A DNA stretch of 64,000 bases from Strigamia acuminata (Eukaryota): NCBI GenBank assembly GCA_949358305.1, contig OX442314.1, positions 25,792,001 through 25,856,000 of the forward strand, in the 5' to 3' direction. The position numbers and the translations under genes are program-made. The first letter of the stretch is position 1; every line of letters starts with the position of its first letter. The notes under the pieces are model-generated. The model saw only the letters and a list, made by a program, of their open reading frames with translations, had not been told where the DNA came from and did not search any database. This document shows positions 1-12,151 of this stretch, in pieces.

Positions 1-570
1 TTGATTAAAAATTAACAGAATCAATAGACGTTTAGGCGCTAATTACGACTAAATTCTAAATAATAAAATTTGTTAAATTATTTGACAACACTTGAAACTA
101 ACAATGATATTTTTTGTTATGACTAGATAGTAAAATAATTTAAGATTAATTAACAATGCCTATGGGTGGCAAAATTTCTATAAAAATGTAAATCATTAGC
201 AAATAAAAATATTGATTAGGCGCTGATTTGGCGTCAATTATCATAATATAAGGATAGCAAAATTTCAATGATCACAAATGGTTAATAAAAATGATTAGCA
301 AAAATGATTAGTAAAATATAAATATCAAAAAATAAAAAGTTCGCAAACGAATATTATCTTCTTTCGCAGGCGTTTGAATTTTCACGGAACTTAACGTAAA
401 AACTTCATCGAGGCGCACAACAATCACATTTTAAACAATTATAACACTTATTGTTTGTATCACAATTATCACAAAAAGGTCCACACACACAACAGTTCGT
501 ATATGGGTTTTAAAATGAAAAGGCGCAAAGTCACTTGTAGGTTTGAAGGTTAATTTCAGGAGTTCCGACT

Positions 571-2430
571 CTAAAATGCAGACGCGCCCTGACCGTCCAT
601 CGCATAATAGACCAGTCTAAGCGCTGTTTTCACAAGGATCACTCTCACCTGTTGTTTAGAAGTCGCGTAACACTTCCGGCTAATCCTGTTCACTCGATAA
701 AGGAAATGTACGACGTAGTATTGTTTAATAATGGACAACAACTTTTCGCCCGCGCTGTGGTCAAGTTGCAAGTCCGAAAAGATGATCGTCTCGAAAAGGC
801 GCGTCAGAATACTCCAATCCACGACCAATTCGATTTTGGGCTCCCACGGCAATGAGTAGAAAATATCATCAATCGGAATAATCTCCTCCATGATCGCAAG
901 GGCGCAGGTGGGCTCCTCCAAACGCTTTTCTTTGGGTTTCGGGTTGACTGGCTCACGTAAACTTTCACGCGTGACAACCTCGCCTTGGTCGTCGTCGCTT
1001 TCCTTCGGTGGTGTTAAAATCATCTTGGGCATCCTTGACATCAGCGGCGATCGACGTCCAGCTTTTGCACCGCCCCGTCCAACTCCAGGAAGTCTGAAAG
1101 GCTCGTCGGCGTGAATTACCTCAATTTTGTTATGTTCCCGCGCCGCCAGGAATGCCTTGTGGTTTTCCTCGTCGCCCGTTGACTCGCGAAGCGACTCGAC
1201 ATCCGACATCGAATAATCCACATCCGACGATAATTCCGAGGCGAGTATTCCTGTGTCCGCCACGATTACGGGGTCGTATCGGAATGAATATTTGGTTCGG
1301 GGATCTGCCAATTTCGGATTTTCGGCAATTGCGTCCTCAAACTGTTGCACCAATTTTTCAGGCGCTAATTCGATGAGAATCTTTTCTGAAAAGTTCTTGA
1401 TTTCATCCTCCGTCATGATCAACTCCGGGTCCAGCGGTGGTTTAGCGGGCGCATTTTTCTCGTCCTCAAGTCTCTGGGCCTCCTTGAGCGCGTCGGCCTC
1501 TCGAAATCGTTTGACGGCGTCGCGACGACTCTGATGCATTTGGGTGATGATCTCTTCTAAATTAAAGTGCACAGCGTGCACAATGAGGTGCTGTACCGCG
1601 TGTTTGTCTCCGGTACAGTCTTTTGTCATTTTTGCTTCAATTTCCTTCGCGATGTTTCCGAGGCGTCCGAAAATCGTTCCGACGACCGTCTTGAAGTCTG
1701 AGGCGCTAACGTTGAAATCCAGGTTAATCGACATCTTGAAAAGTTCTTTCCATCCCTCAGATCTCAGGTTGATACGTCCTTGGCCCCTGTTCTCCATGGG
1801 GTACAGAATCTCAAGCTCATGGCGCCGGAATATTTCGGACATCTGAGTGAAAATACGGTCTGGGCGCATCGTACATCCATTTCGGTCGAATCCCTGGAGA
1901 TAACGTGGCTTCAGAGATGCGCATCCCTCCGACGACGTCGATCCGCTCGAGACCGCTGAAATGGCTTTAGCAATTGGATTCGAGATCTTGCTTTCCAATT
2001 TCTTGATATCGTGGATCCTTGCGCACTCTCCTGCATCCTTTGCAATCTCGGCAGCGATATTCGCGATGGACGAAGACGGTGTGAAGTTTAGCAACGCCTT
2101 AATATCTCGGTCAACCTGTGGGGAAAAATCAGCTGTTATTAATTTTTTGTTAAAATCTGCGATAGTGTCCATTTTTGTGTTTGTGGTCATAATCCCAGAA
2201 TACGTAATCGGCACCGATGTCGCAACGACTGAAGTCATCATCTTTGGCGTCGTATTCGATTGGGTCACAGTAGTGGCATCGACAGATCGGGCAGCCTGGC
2301 TCGATTCAGACGTCTCAATCGAAGATGATTTGTTCTTTACGACATAAAAATAAGGAATGACAATCGGCGCAGCAGCGCTCGAAGTGGTCACCGTTGAAAC
2401 GCTGATCAACTTCGGCAGGCGCTCCTCCAA
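571..2430 (-). CDS. Retrotransposon-borne extra ORF4, unknown helical/charged protein (first ATG ~2241)
   Basis: 619-codon open frame, same strand as pol and downstream of it; no signal peptide or clear TM segment; no recognisable domain. Confidence 0.6.
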   Translation of the reverse strand: MEERLPKLISVSTVTTSSAAAPIVIPYFYVVKNKSSSIETSESSQAARSVDATTVTQSNTTPKMMTSVVATSVPITYSGIMTTNTKMDTIADFNKKLITADFSPQVDRDIKALLNFTPSSSIANIAAEIAKDAGECARIHDIKKLESKISNPIAKAISAVSSGSTSSEGCASLKPRYLQGFDRNGCTMRPDRIFTQMSEIFRRHELEILYPMENRGQGRINLRSEGWKELFKMSINLDFNVSASDFKTVVGTIFGRLGNIAKEIEAKMTKDCTGDKHAVQHLIVHAVHFNLEEIITQMHQSRRDAVKRFREADALKEAQRLEDEKNAPAKPPLDPELIMTEDEIKNFSEKILIELAPEKLVQQFEDAIAENPKLADPRTKYSFRYDPVIVADTGILASELSSDVDYSMSDVESLRESTGDEENHKAFLAAREHNKIEVIHADEPFRLPGVGRGGAKAGRRSPLMSRMPKMILTPPKESDDDQGEVVTRESLREPVNPKPKEKRLEEPTCALAIMEEIIPIDDIFYSLPWEPKIELVVDWSILTRLFETIIFSDLQLDHSAGEKLLSIIKQYYVVHFLYRVNRISRKCYATSKQQVRVILVKTALRLVYYAMDGQGASAF

Positions 2431-3277
2431 CCGCTCCGTTTTCCTCGATGATGACTGAAGAGACGTCCAACGCTGGTCCGGATCGTCCCGTCACGAAGTG
2501 AGCGTCTCGGTTTGCCTCCGCTCCAATTCTTTTCGTCACCTTTTGCGTGTATTCCTTTAAACGATGCGCACTTCGCTCCTCGTACGTATGTCGTGGACGC
2601 AGATTTGAATGCTGAAATGGCAAGTCGGTCGCAACTCTTTCCGGCTCCGAATATGCTCTTTTCGCGTCCGCAATTACACCAGGCGCTGTTAAACATAGTT
2701 CCAGGCCCGATTCTACATCGTAGGTTTTTCCTTCGGGCGTCACAAACTGGTCCGGAAGTTCGGCAGGCTGCTCGCCGGCAATTATGTATGCTCCCTCCGG
2801 ATATTTCCAAGTCAACGGCCGGATTCCCTTCTCTTTCGCCAATTGCTTTATGCGTGCCAAATATGAGGCATGCGCATGTCGAAAACGAGCGATGGCGTTT
2901 GCACTGCCGAACGGAATCCTCGGTGGTGGAAAATCCACTCCAGCCAACGATGTTTTGTCTATCGATTCATAACCAAGCACATACGCGAACATAAGGCGCA
3001 TCCACTTCCAAAATTTGCAACGGCGCAAGTCACCGCCGCCCCGACACGCTCGGCATTCTCGTGGCGCCCGCAGTTGATAAATTTCAAATCCCGTCCCGCT
3101 ACAAACTGGACACAGTTCATAGTTTGGAAAACTTTGGTCGTTTGGGTGGTCCGGATGAAAGCGTGGCACCAGTCCTTCGCCCGACGCTTCGATTGGTGGC
3201 ATCGGCAGGTACTTTGGATAGCCTTTTTGGGTTGGTTTTGGAATCGTAATCGTTACTTTTGGATCGTAGGACGCCAT
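2315..3277 (-). CDS. Retrotransposon-borne extra ORF3 with two CxxCxGxG (DnaJ-type zinc-finger-like) motifs
   Basis: 320-aa ATG-initiated ORF containing CPVCSGTG and CRACRGGG; putative 5'UTR intron (GTAAGT donor ~3391, TTTTAG acceptor ~3300). Confidence 0.65.
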   Translation of the reverse strand: MASYDPKVTITIPKPTQKGYPKYLPMPPIEASGEGLVPRFHPDHPNDQSFPNYELCPVCSGTGFEIYQLRAPRECRACRGGGDLRRCKFWKWMRLMFAYVLGYESIDKTSLAGVDFPPPRIPFGSANAIARFRHAHASYLARIKQLAKEKGIRPLTWKYPEGAYIIAGEQPAELPDQFVTPEGKTYDVESGLELCLTAPGVIADAKRAYSEPERVATDLPFQHSNLRPRHTYEERSAHRLKEYTQKVTKRIGAEANRDAHFVTGRSGPALDVSSVIIEENGAVGGAPAEVDQRFNGDHFERCCADCHSLFLCRKEQIIFD

Positions 3278-3810
3278 AATAAATTATCGTAAAGTGAAAC
3301 TAAAAGAAATGGAAGTTTTCCAGAAAGAAAAAGTTATTTTAACGAAAATATTCAATTAAAATTAAATTGTTGTGAGATAGAAAGTACTTACGGTTGATAG
3401 ACGCACAATTTTTAACAATATTTATCCAATTTTAGCAATTGTTAAATGTTTTAAGGCGACTATTCAGATGCAAACTAATTTCAAACTAACTAAGTCGTGC
3501 CCTCACATGTCCTTAATACACGCGGTCTCGCTACGGGGTCGCCTCGTCATAAAATATGACACGGACCTCTCGCGTGAACGAGATTTAATCACGCACGCTG
3601 AAGAAGCATGAGTTTGGACTTAGTAAATTTTCGTATCATCATTTTAAATTGATGAATTTCAAATTCCTAAACTAATCTTTACTTACTATTTTCAGCGTCT
3701 ATCCTCCGTAAATATTTGGTTTAAAGCAGGGAAAATTATAAACACAAGAAGGAAAGAAGGTTGGGTAAAGTAAAGAAAGAAATAAAATTATAAAATGAAA
3801 AGAAATTAAG

Positions 3811-6800
3811 TTATTTTATCGAAAATGAAGCGATGATGGTTTCAATTTCCGATGTAAACGCAGCAACATGTTTTTCGATCATTGTTGCGTCTGTTTGGTC
3901 TAGATCATCATCATTATTGAACCAATGGCGCAATTCTACGACGTTATACGGCAGCATTCGACGACCATCCTTGTCTATTAGAATGACAGTATTGGGCCCA
4001 GTTAATTTATGGATTACGTAAACGCCTTCCGTCCTCTGTCGAAGTCCTGCAGCAAACTGTCGGTCCGCTGATGACAATTGTCGATTTTTAATAGATACAA
4101 AATCGCCCGGTTTGAAATCATGTGGTCTTCTTTTTCGATCAAACCAACGTTTATGTCTAATTTGAGCTTTTTGTAAATTTACAGTGGCATTATTTCGTAA
4201 TTCTCTCATCAATTCATGCGTCTCTCGCGCTCGTGCTGGTGGCAGCGGCTGTCCATCGTCGGTGTCCGAATCGAAATCACCTGGATAACGCGCCTCTTGT
4301 CCCGTTACCATTTGATAAGGAGAATATTGAAGCGAAGCTTGATATGCTGAGTTGATTGCTAGCACAAAATATCCAATGTGAATGTCCCAGCGCACATGCT
4401 CTTCAATATAAGCTAAAATGCAGTTTTTTAATGCTTGGTTTAATCTCTCGGCTAAGTTCCCTTGTGGATGATAAACAGCCGTATAGCGATTGATGGCGCC
4501 AAAACTCTGACATGCAGCCTGGAATTCCATTGATCGGAAAGCTGGCGCATTATCACTGATGATAACCTTTGGAAATGCCCATCGCTGAATAAATCCTTGC
4601 AATTGTTTAATTGTTGTTTTCCAGTCAGATGTCTCAGTCAATCTCACATCCAACCATCGACTGGCGGCATCCACAATTACTAATGCGTAACAATGTCCTC
4701 CAATCGACCGGGGCTTTTTACCATAATAATCGATGTAAATTGTGTGAAACAAATGTCGTGGTTTGGCCATGATCATTGGTCCATATGGAAGGCGATTCAA
4801 CGGCTTGGCTCGTTGACATGGTTCACATTTTTGAATCCAAAGTAAAACGTCCTCCTTCATTTTCGGCCAATAAACTCGGGCCCGGAGTCGATGAAGTGTT
4901 TTTTCAACTCCTAAATGTCCGCAGCTCGGCGGGTAATGCAGAGCCTTGAAATATTGTTCGCGTAACATTAAAGGCAAATAGATTTGTCTTCTACGGCGAA
5001 TTTTATTTATGTCGATCGGTGGATAACGACACAACATTCCCTTATAAATAGCAAAATCTACGGCACGATACCTGATACGCGCTGCTTGTACTTGGTCGTT
5101 GGGCAAATGTCCTTGATCAAGATATTCGATTAATTCGGCGCTCCACGTATCTTCGTGTTGTCGACGAATTATTTCGTTAATAGTTGGTATTAGACGAAAA
5201 GATTGGTGATCCCGCGGTGTATCATGTGCTTGTTCGGCCTCATCTTCTTCCTCGTCTTGTTGCTCATCAGCAATTGGTCGTCTCGATGCATTTCTTTGAA
5301 ATTGTGATCGATCATGACGCACTTGTTGTGGCATAAATCCTGCACGTCCCATCCACGCCGGTCGATAAGTTGTCGAATCGTCCGACGAATCCGAATCCGG
5401 ACCTCCATATCCGTCAAAATTCGGTCGCACAGCTCCAGATGGTCCTGCAGGTGGGTTCAACATATTAGGGGTCGGAAACGATGCAGTCGGCACATTTGGC
5501 GATGGCAAGGGCGGTATTAAAGGTGGCAATGGCGCAACAGCCCCAGGAGGCGTTGAAACTTGTGCCTGCTGACGTGCCCTGGCTCGAGTTAATACCTGAT
5601 AATTTGGTGGCGGTCTCTTTCTATTTTTAGAACCTTTTGGCCTACCCAATTTTGGTTTAATCTGCTGTTGTCGTCCTTGCGCTCTTGTCATCACAGCTGC
5701 GTTATTTCGTTGTTGTGCCGCAGCCAATCCAACTCCAATAATGTTGATTATTGGTAATTTTGGCCAATCATTTGGGTCGTCAAAATAGGCGATGTAGCAT
5801 GTTTCATCAACGAGAGGCGAGTCGTCCGCATCTAATGGTTCCGATGGTTCCACAGGCGCACGGCTAAGGGCATCCGCAACACGATTCTGTGCTCCTGAAC
5901 AGTAAAGAAATGTAAATTTGTACTCACTGAGGGATAAAACCCATCGTGCCAGGCGTCCTTTTGGTTCTCGCTGCTGGAAAAGCCACTTTAACGACAAATG
6001 ATCGCTTTCTAAATAAAAATTCATCATCTCAAGATATACACGAAATCTCTTGACCGCCCAAACCGCCGCTAAGCATTCAATCTCGGTGACGCTGTAATTC
6101 TTTTCAGCAGAATTTAATGCACGTGATGCAAAGGCGATTGGTGTTCGTTCACCTTGATCATTTAATTGCATGAGGGCAGCGCCCAAACCTGAATAGCTGG
6201 CGTCTGTTTGTAATATGTATGGCTTGGTCCAATCTGGGAATTTTCGGTGTAGAGTTGGTTCTGCCAATCCTCTCTTGAGTGAATCAAATGCCTCTTGGTG
6301 TTGAATCGTCCAATTCCACTCAGAATCTTTTTTGAGTAAGGGGCGAAACACCTCGCATGTTTTTGAATAATTTGGGAAAAATGACTGATAATAACCAATC
6401 ATTCCTTTGAATCTTTGTAATTCTTTGATGTTGGTAGGCGCCGGAAAATACTGAATTGCCGTCACCTTGTTTGGATTTGGTTTAATATGTCCAGCCTCCA
6501 CAATGTGTCCCAAAACCTCGAGCGATGTTCTACATAATTCTGTCTTGTTGGCGTTCATGGTGAATCCCGCCTCATCCAAGGCCTGAAGAATTATTTTAAG
6601 ATGTTGCACATGCTCCTCGAAAGTCTTGCTGAAAATTATGACGTCATCGAGATAAACGAACACAAACTTGTAAAGATATTTCGACAAAGTTTTGTTCATG
6701 GCTCTCTGCAGAGTTGCTGGGCCATTAATGGGTCCAAACGGCATTCTCACATACTCGAAAAGTCCTCTGTGCGTAATAAATGCGAGAAATCTCTCGTCAC

Positions 6801-8567
6801 CTGGACGCACTCCAATCTGGTGGAAAGCTTCTCGTCCGTCTATGATCGAAAACCAATTTGATCCTCCTAAATAAGAAAATATATTATCGATGTCGGGTAG
6901 TGGGTAGACATCTGGTAAAGTTTGAGCATTCATCGGTCTAAAATCCATGGCTGTACGCCAGTCTCCAGTTTTCTTTGGAACAACAACAGGCGCCACCGCA
7001 CAATCACTTTTTGATCGACGAATAATGCCTTGTTTTAGTTTTTGGTCCAAATAAGCGTCAATTACCATCTTTTTTGCTGGGTTAACGGGTCTTACAGGCA
7101 CATGAATTGGTCTAAAGTCCGGTTTTAAATTTACTTCAAACTGAGTGTTGTTACATAATCCAACCTCCTCGCGAAATACTTTCGAAATTGGTCGAAGAGT
7201 CTGAATTAATAAACGAATTTGGGGTACCGTCAATGATGACCACAGCTGGTCGTAAATCCAATCCAGCTGTGTTGGATCACTGCTTGGTTGATATTGTAGT
7301 ACGTTAACATCCAGAGGCGGCTCCGAAATCGTCGAATGATTGTGTACTCTGGCCATGAGCGCATTTTCATCCACACGACGCAAAAGCTGTCTTCCCTGCG
7401 TGTTAAGTTGTTTTATTGTTGGTGACAATTCATAAAGGCGTCTCCGCTGTCGTCTTGCACGTCTGCGTTGGCTAAGCGTCGAAAACAATGATGAATTGAA
7501 TTTTCTTGATTTTTTAATGGAATCCTTTCTTCTTGGTGACCATATCAATGACCATTGATCTCGCGTACGATTTTGAATCCTCTTGATTTGGTGCTGAGCA
7601 TCGTCATTTGGATATTCGAAAATCTCTTGCGACAAAGGTCGATGTTCTAGAAGAATACAATTAATGTTGTTAATTACTACCTTGGGTACATCCTTGGAGC
7701 TGTCCTTTCTATCATCGGGCTTCTTGATGGGAAATAAAAGAACAGATTCTGACTTATTAGCTTGTTCTAAAGTCATGAATTGTCTTCGCTCTTGTGATCC
7801 CTTCAAATACCACTGGCACAATTCAAAGTCTGCGCACAGACCAACCGCTCTGCAGAAATCTCTTCCCAGCAGAAGGTCTTTTGATGTTTCGGGTATAATC
7901 AAGCAAATGAAAGAAATAACGGCCAAAGGCGCGCGCACCGACAGTTTAACAGATCCCTTAACTGGAATTTTGTCGTCAGCCGCTGTACGTACTGTTTCGT
8001 GAAGTTCGAGCAATTCCAAACCCATATTGGCTTTAAGTTTGTTAAATAATGACTCTGACATTCTGAATCTAAAAGTGCGACAAAACTCACGTTGGCCCAT
8101 GTTATTTTGATGTATGGTGCTTCTCTGTTGAAGCGATCAATCTTCGTAATTTCGATTATTGGCTCGTCGGATTTTTGCAATTCCTCAGGCGACAAAAGAA
8201 CGAAGTTTGTTTGCAACGTCTCACTCTGTGTTGTCAACGAAGTTGGGTTTTTGGGGGTTTCCTTGGCTTTCACAGACGAAAGTTGCGCTGATTTTGTTGG
8301 TTGTGGTGTTACGACACCGGGTATTTTTGTTTTTGATTTACTTGAATCTGATTTGATTGATGTAGTTAATTTAATGTCCGTGGACGGGGTTAATGATTTG
8401 TTGTTGTCTTCTCGAACAGCAGATGGCGCCTCTGGTGTCGGAGTAGACGGTTTTGTACTTCCATCGATGTCTGGTGATTCTTCAGTTTTCTTCTCAGTAG
8501 AGTCCTTGATGTTTGTATCCGACCCACTCTCTGGACTCATGCTTTGAGCAGGCCGCTTGCGTTTCCC
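3811..8567 (-). pseudogene. pol: pol polyprotein (PR-RT-RNaseH-IN), frameshifted at the protease active site
   Basis: Frame 7899..8615 gives APYIKITWANVSFVALLDS, then the protease continues in frame 3811..8100 (MSESLFNKL...LLLGRDF). RT, RNaseH and IN are uninterrupted over ~1400 aa. Confidence 0.85.
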
Positions 8568-10453
8568 GACTGACGAATCCATTCCTTGCCACAAACGGGG
8601 CACACAGGCCTCCATGATTGCCTGTCAGACATGAACCATTTATCCGTTGGGGTTTTTCTCCACAAAGCATTCTTCGGGAGCTTTGGCTCTGAAGGCGCTT
8701 CTTTAGCGGCTGGAAAAATGACAACGTCCTTGGGACATGTGTGCTGTGTATCCGTTCTAGGTGTTGGCGTGGTAGTCGCATTCATGACGTGGACATCAGA
8801 CCTTTGTGCTGCCGCTGATGCAGACTCCTTTGGCGGGTCCTTGTTTGATTCCTCGCTGTTGGGATCTTCTGGATCAATTGCACAAGTCGACATGTCCTCG
8901 AGCAACGCTGTAAATACTTTGTTGAATCGTGAAAAACGACCAGACCTGGACGAAGTAGATTGTTGATTTAACTTCTCCTCCTCCGTTCTGGTACGTGTGG
9001 CAGGACCCACTCCTGCGGGTAAAGGCATCTCTTGGTCCGAAACTCCGCACTGTTTGTACTCAAAAGTCCGCAACGAATCCAACTGAAGGCGATTATCGAC
9101 GTCGTTGCCCATTTTGACTGCGTCGTCGATCGTCCTGATGCACCAAGAGCGCATTAATTGTACGACCTGAGTTTGCATCATGCCCTGAACTCGTTCCCAC
9201 TGCAAGCCCTTGTCCTTGTATCCAGCAATGTTTAAATAATGAATCATCTCGCTGAGGAATGACATAGTTGATTCCCCTGGCTTTTGTTTGCGCTGAGACA
9301 ACTTAACATTAGCTAAAGCTGAATTAATGGAAAATACCTGCCTGAAAATTAATTCAAAGTCCTCCCAATTGTTTGGTTTTGGAGTTAGAGCCATCCACCA
9401 ACGTTGCGCTCGATTTCGAAGCGCGAGAACCACGTATACTTTCAAATATATTCCTTCCGGTGCTCCCATGGTAAACATGTGCGCATATAGCTTACCTAGG
9501 AACAAGTCCACTGTGTCGAAAGTAGCTTCATCCGGGTCAAAGTATGGAATTTTTTCAACTTTAAGTTTATACCTTCCAACCTGAGCGGCTTGACGCTGAT
9601 CCTCCGACTCCAACGAGAGTTGAGATCTTGTGTGAGGGTGCTGTCTTGAGGCGCTGAGTGGTATGCCTTGACTACCTCTTTGAGCGGAATCCGGGTCAGG
9701 ATTTGTTGGTGGGTCCCGTGGAACATTGAAAGTCGTGTCTCCCTGTTGTGAATGTTGTTGGCGTCGTCTCGGAGAATAAGAGCCAGTGCGTCGTGGTCCC
9801 GACGCACGTCCAGTATCTCCAAAAGAAAAATCGGCTCCCCGAGCGCCTTCTCGACCACGACGTGTAGCCCCTGAACCTGCTTCTGGTGCTGGTGGTTCAG
9901 GTTGAGTTCGCTCGTTGTGCGAATGGATAAACTCCTCCACTCTGTCGTTCAGCTCGCGCCTAATCTGCCTCATTGATTCGAGCAACTCCTGGCGAAGTTC
10001 GTGTTGTAACTCCCTTCTATCCTCTCGTAATACTCTCATCAATGCTTCCATCGACAATGCAGGTGGATTCCTTCGATGTTGTTGTGGTTCCGGTTGCATA
10101 AACGTAGGTTGGTAAGGAGGCGGCGGTCCTCGTTGAATTTCTTCTCGAACCGCCCGCATCCCGTCCACAACTCGTCTTCTCTCCATGAGTGAGTCCTGCA
10201 AATGGCGTCTATTTTCCTCCCATTGTTCTCGTGCCGCAGCCGCTTCCTGTTCATGTTGGAGTTGATCCGCCTCCATTTGGGCGTATGTCCTCCAAGGATT
10301 GGAAAATGGTACGTCTGTAGAAATTGGTTGTACTAGTAGATCTTGCTGTTGGTCTGACTCATGGATAGGTGAGTCTGGAAGTGGCGTAGTATGCGCTATT
10401 TCGGCGTCTACGTCCGAAACACTGGACTCTGACAGAGCGTCGCGTGAAGCCAT
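8537..10453 (-). CDS. gag: Gag polyprotein
   Basis: 638 aa directly after the PBS; retrotransposon gag-like core (LRNRAQRWW...WEDFELIFRQVF...RKQKPGESTMSF); ends at a -1 slippery site. Confidence 0.9.
   Translation of the reverse strand: MASRDALSESSVSDVDAEIAHTTPLPDSPIHESDQQQDLLVQPISTDVPFSNPWRTYAQMEADQLQHEQEAAAAREQWEENRRHLQDSLMERRRVVDGMRAVREEIQRGPPPPYQPTFMQPEPQQHRRNPPALSMEALMRVLREDRRELQHELRQELLESMRQIRRELNDRVEEFIHSHNERTQPEPPAPEAGSGATRRGREGARGADFSFGDTGRASGPRRTGSYSPRRRQQHSQQGDTTFNVPRDPPTNPDPDSAQRGSQGIPLSASRQHPHTRSQLSLESEDQRQAAQVGRYKLKVEKIPYFDPDEATFDTVDLFLGKLYAHMFTMGAPEGIYLKVYVVLALRNRAQRWWMALTPKPNNWEDFELIFRQVFSINSALANVKLSQRKQKPGESTMSFLSEMIHYLNIAGYKDKGLQWERVQGMMQTQVVQLMRSWCIRTIDDAVKMGNDVDNRLQLDSLRTFEYKQCGVSDQEMPLPAGVGPATRTRTEEEKLNQQSTSSRSGRFSRFNKVFTALLEDMSTCAIDPEDPNSEESNKDPPKESASAAAQRSDVHVMNATTTPTPRTDTQHTCPKDVVIFPAAKEAPSEPKLPKNALWRKTPTDKWFMSDRQSWRPVCPVCGKEWIRQSGNASGLLKA
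8561..8567 (-). promoter_or_regulatory. -1 ribosomal frameshift heptamer G GGA AAC
   Basis: In gag frame (TCG GGA AAC); a -1 slip enters the GKRKRP frame leading to the protease; a stem follows 6 nt downstream. Confidence 0.85.
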
Positions 10454-10581
10454 GTTGAAATAATAATATGTGTGCCGGCAAAAACAAGTAATTAATTAAA
10501 TAAATATAACGACCTATACTTGCGTAGTCTTCACTGAAGAAAATGGTGATTTGTGTTCTCTTAGAACACGTTTCGAGTTGA

Positions 10582-10599
10582 ATCCTGTCTAGCTCGCCA
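10582..10599 (-). promoter_or_regulatory. Primer binding site, tRNA-Arg-like (TGGCGAGCTAGACAGGAT)
   Basis: Starts TGG 4 nt after the LTR end; resembles the complement of the tRNA-Arg(ACG) 3' end (TGGCGAGCCAGCCAGGAG). Confidence 0.75.
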
Positions 10600-10603
10600 A
10601 GAT

Positions 10604-11645
10604 TGTCACGTCGTAGTCGACTTTTTAACAATGGTTTCGGAAATTTGAGAATTTCCAGGGATTGTGATAACCAGAAAATTTAGGTTCGCAGGCGCTGCAA
10701 CTCTTAAAACTTTGCCGGGGGTGGTAGCTAGGTTAAGACAGCGTCTATTCGTGAAATCTGTATTTTATGGGTGCAGGATTCAATTCGGGCGCCGTACAAA
10801 ATGGCGAACGTTGATACTTTGAATTTAAGACCAAAATATCGCTCTTCACTAGGGAAAATGTCGTCATATGCTAGGCGTACTTACGAAGAGTATGTTTCTT
10901 CTCCTGGACACGCGCAAACGTTGGGTGAACGCGCAAACAGGTACCAAACCGCAGACAACGTCGTCGAACCGTCGATAATGAAATGAATACGCAATTGAGA
11001 CGAGTATGAGTTCAAAATGTCTAGGCTGAGGAGGAAGTCACAGTCGTGGCATAAAATGTATTGACGAATTAAGACCGTCGAATACGCCGTTTTTCCAGTA
11101 ATTTGTACGCAAATAATGGGCAAATAATAAATGTTGTGGTTAGATAGCCAACCATGAGAATTCGGGCTGCAATATGGCCGTATGCGTTGAGACGCAACAT
11201 AAATCGCACTTGGAAATCTTCCAGTTGAGACAGAAGATGTTGACTAGTCGAAGGCGAAAATTATTCTCTCTGTCAAAAATGTCTTGACAGAACAAGTCAC
11301 CTCTGATCACATGTCAAAGGCCAAGCCAATTCCCAATGGGGACCGAGCAGAAAACAGGCGATCAGGGGTGAAATATGCAAATTTAGAGCGCGATTATATC
11401 AACTTATTGCAGAATTCTCATGAATTGTCTGGATGGGGTGATTAAAACCAGGCCAAATTAAAGATAAATATCAAAAACAAGGAAAATAAAATAAAATAAA
11501 ATAATAAATTTAGATTTGGGAAAAATAAAATAATTTAGGGAAACTAGAACAATTTCTCAATAAGATTGGGGAAAATTTAAAGGAAAGGCGCAAAATGCGC
11601 GTAAAATTTTGAAAATTATTACTGTCTAAAGTCAGGACCGTGACA
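10604..11645 (-). repeat. 5' LTR (1042 bp)
   Basis: Bounded by inverted TGTCACG...CGTGACA, adjacent to the PBS; partner LTR not in window. Confidence 0.8.
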
Positions 11646-12151
11646 AACTCACATGTGAACATGTTTTTAAATTGTTTTTTTTAATTTTTCACCATTCTTA
11701 TTCAAACCATAAATTTTGGTATTTTTCTAACTAAGATTGATAATAAATATTACTTAGATGCTTTATTAATTATTTCTTCTTTCTTATCCAATCACTCCAT
11801 CTTTGAATTGATGCTGTCAATGACCTCTGGTGGCAGTTGGTCGTACTCTTTTAAAATTTCTTCCACCCTTCTACTAGCAAAGCATAAAAAATTTAAATCT
11901 TACTAAAAATAATAACATTCCAACAATGCATACTACTTTCTAATCACTTGGAGAGTATTATATGCTACATTTTGGAATTAATTACATATCAGGTGATCAA
12001 AGATGTATGTTAAAGCTTTCATATGCTGTCAATTTTCTAAAATAGAGTTAAAATTCTCACACTCAAAATTTAAACTTAAAATACACTTAAACTACAATTG
12101 TTAAAACACAAGTATTTTAATTTTTGAATGCAGCTACTATTATTTTTTCAG

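Larger units (their letters stand above)
1..11645 (-). mobile_element. Ty3/Gypsy LTR retrotransposon (3' LTR lies left of the window)
   Basis: 5' LTR, PBS, gag, then pol in PR-RT-RNaseH-IN order (RT YLDD; RNaseH LQTDAS...DALSR; IN H-H-C-C zinc motif and DDE core). Left boundary and TSD are not visible. Confidence 0.95.

Noticed and set aside
571..3277. env gene
   Set aside because: No signal peptide, fusion peptide or TM anchor evident.
10783..10794. Alternative tRNA-Lys-like PBS (CGGCGCCCGAA on minus)
   Set aside because: Lacks TGG and an adjacent CA LTR end; the 10582-10599 site fits the inverted termini.
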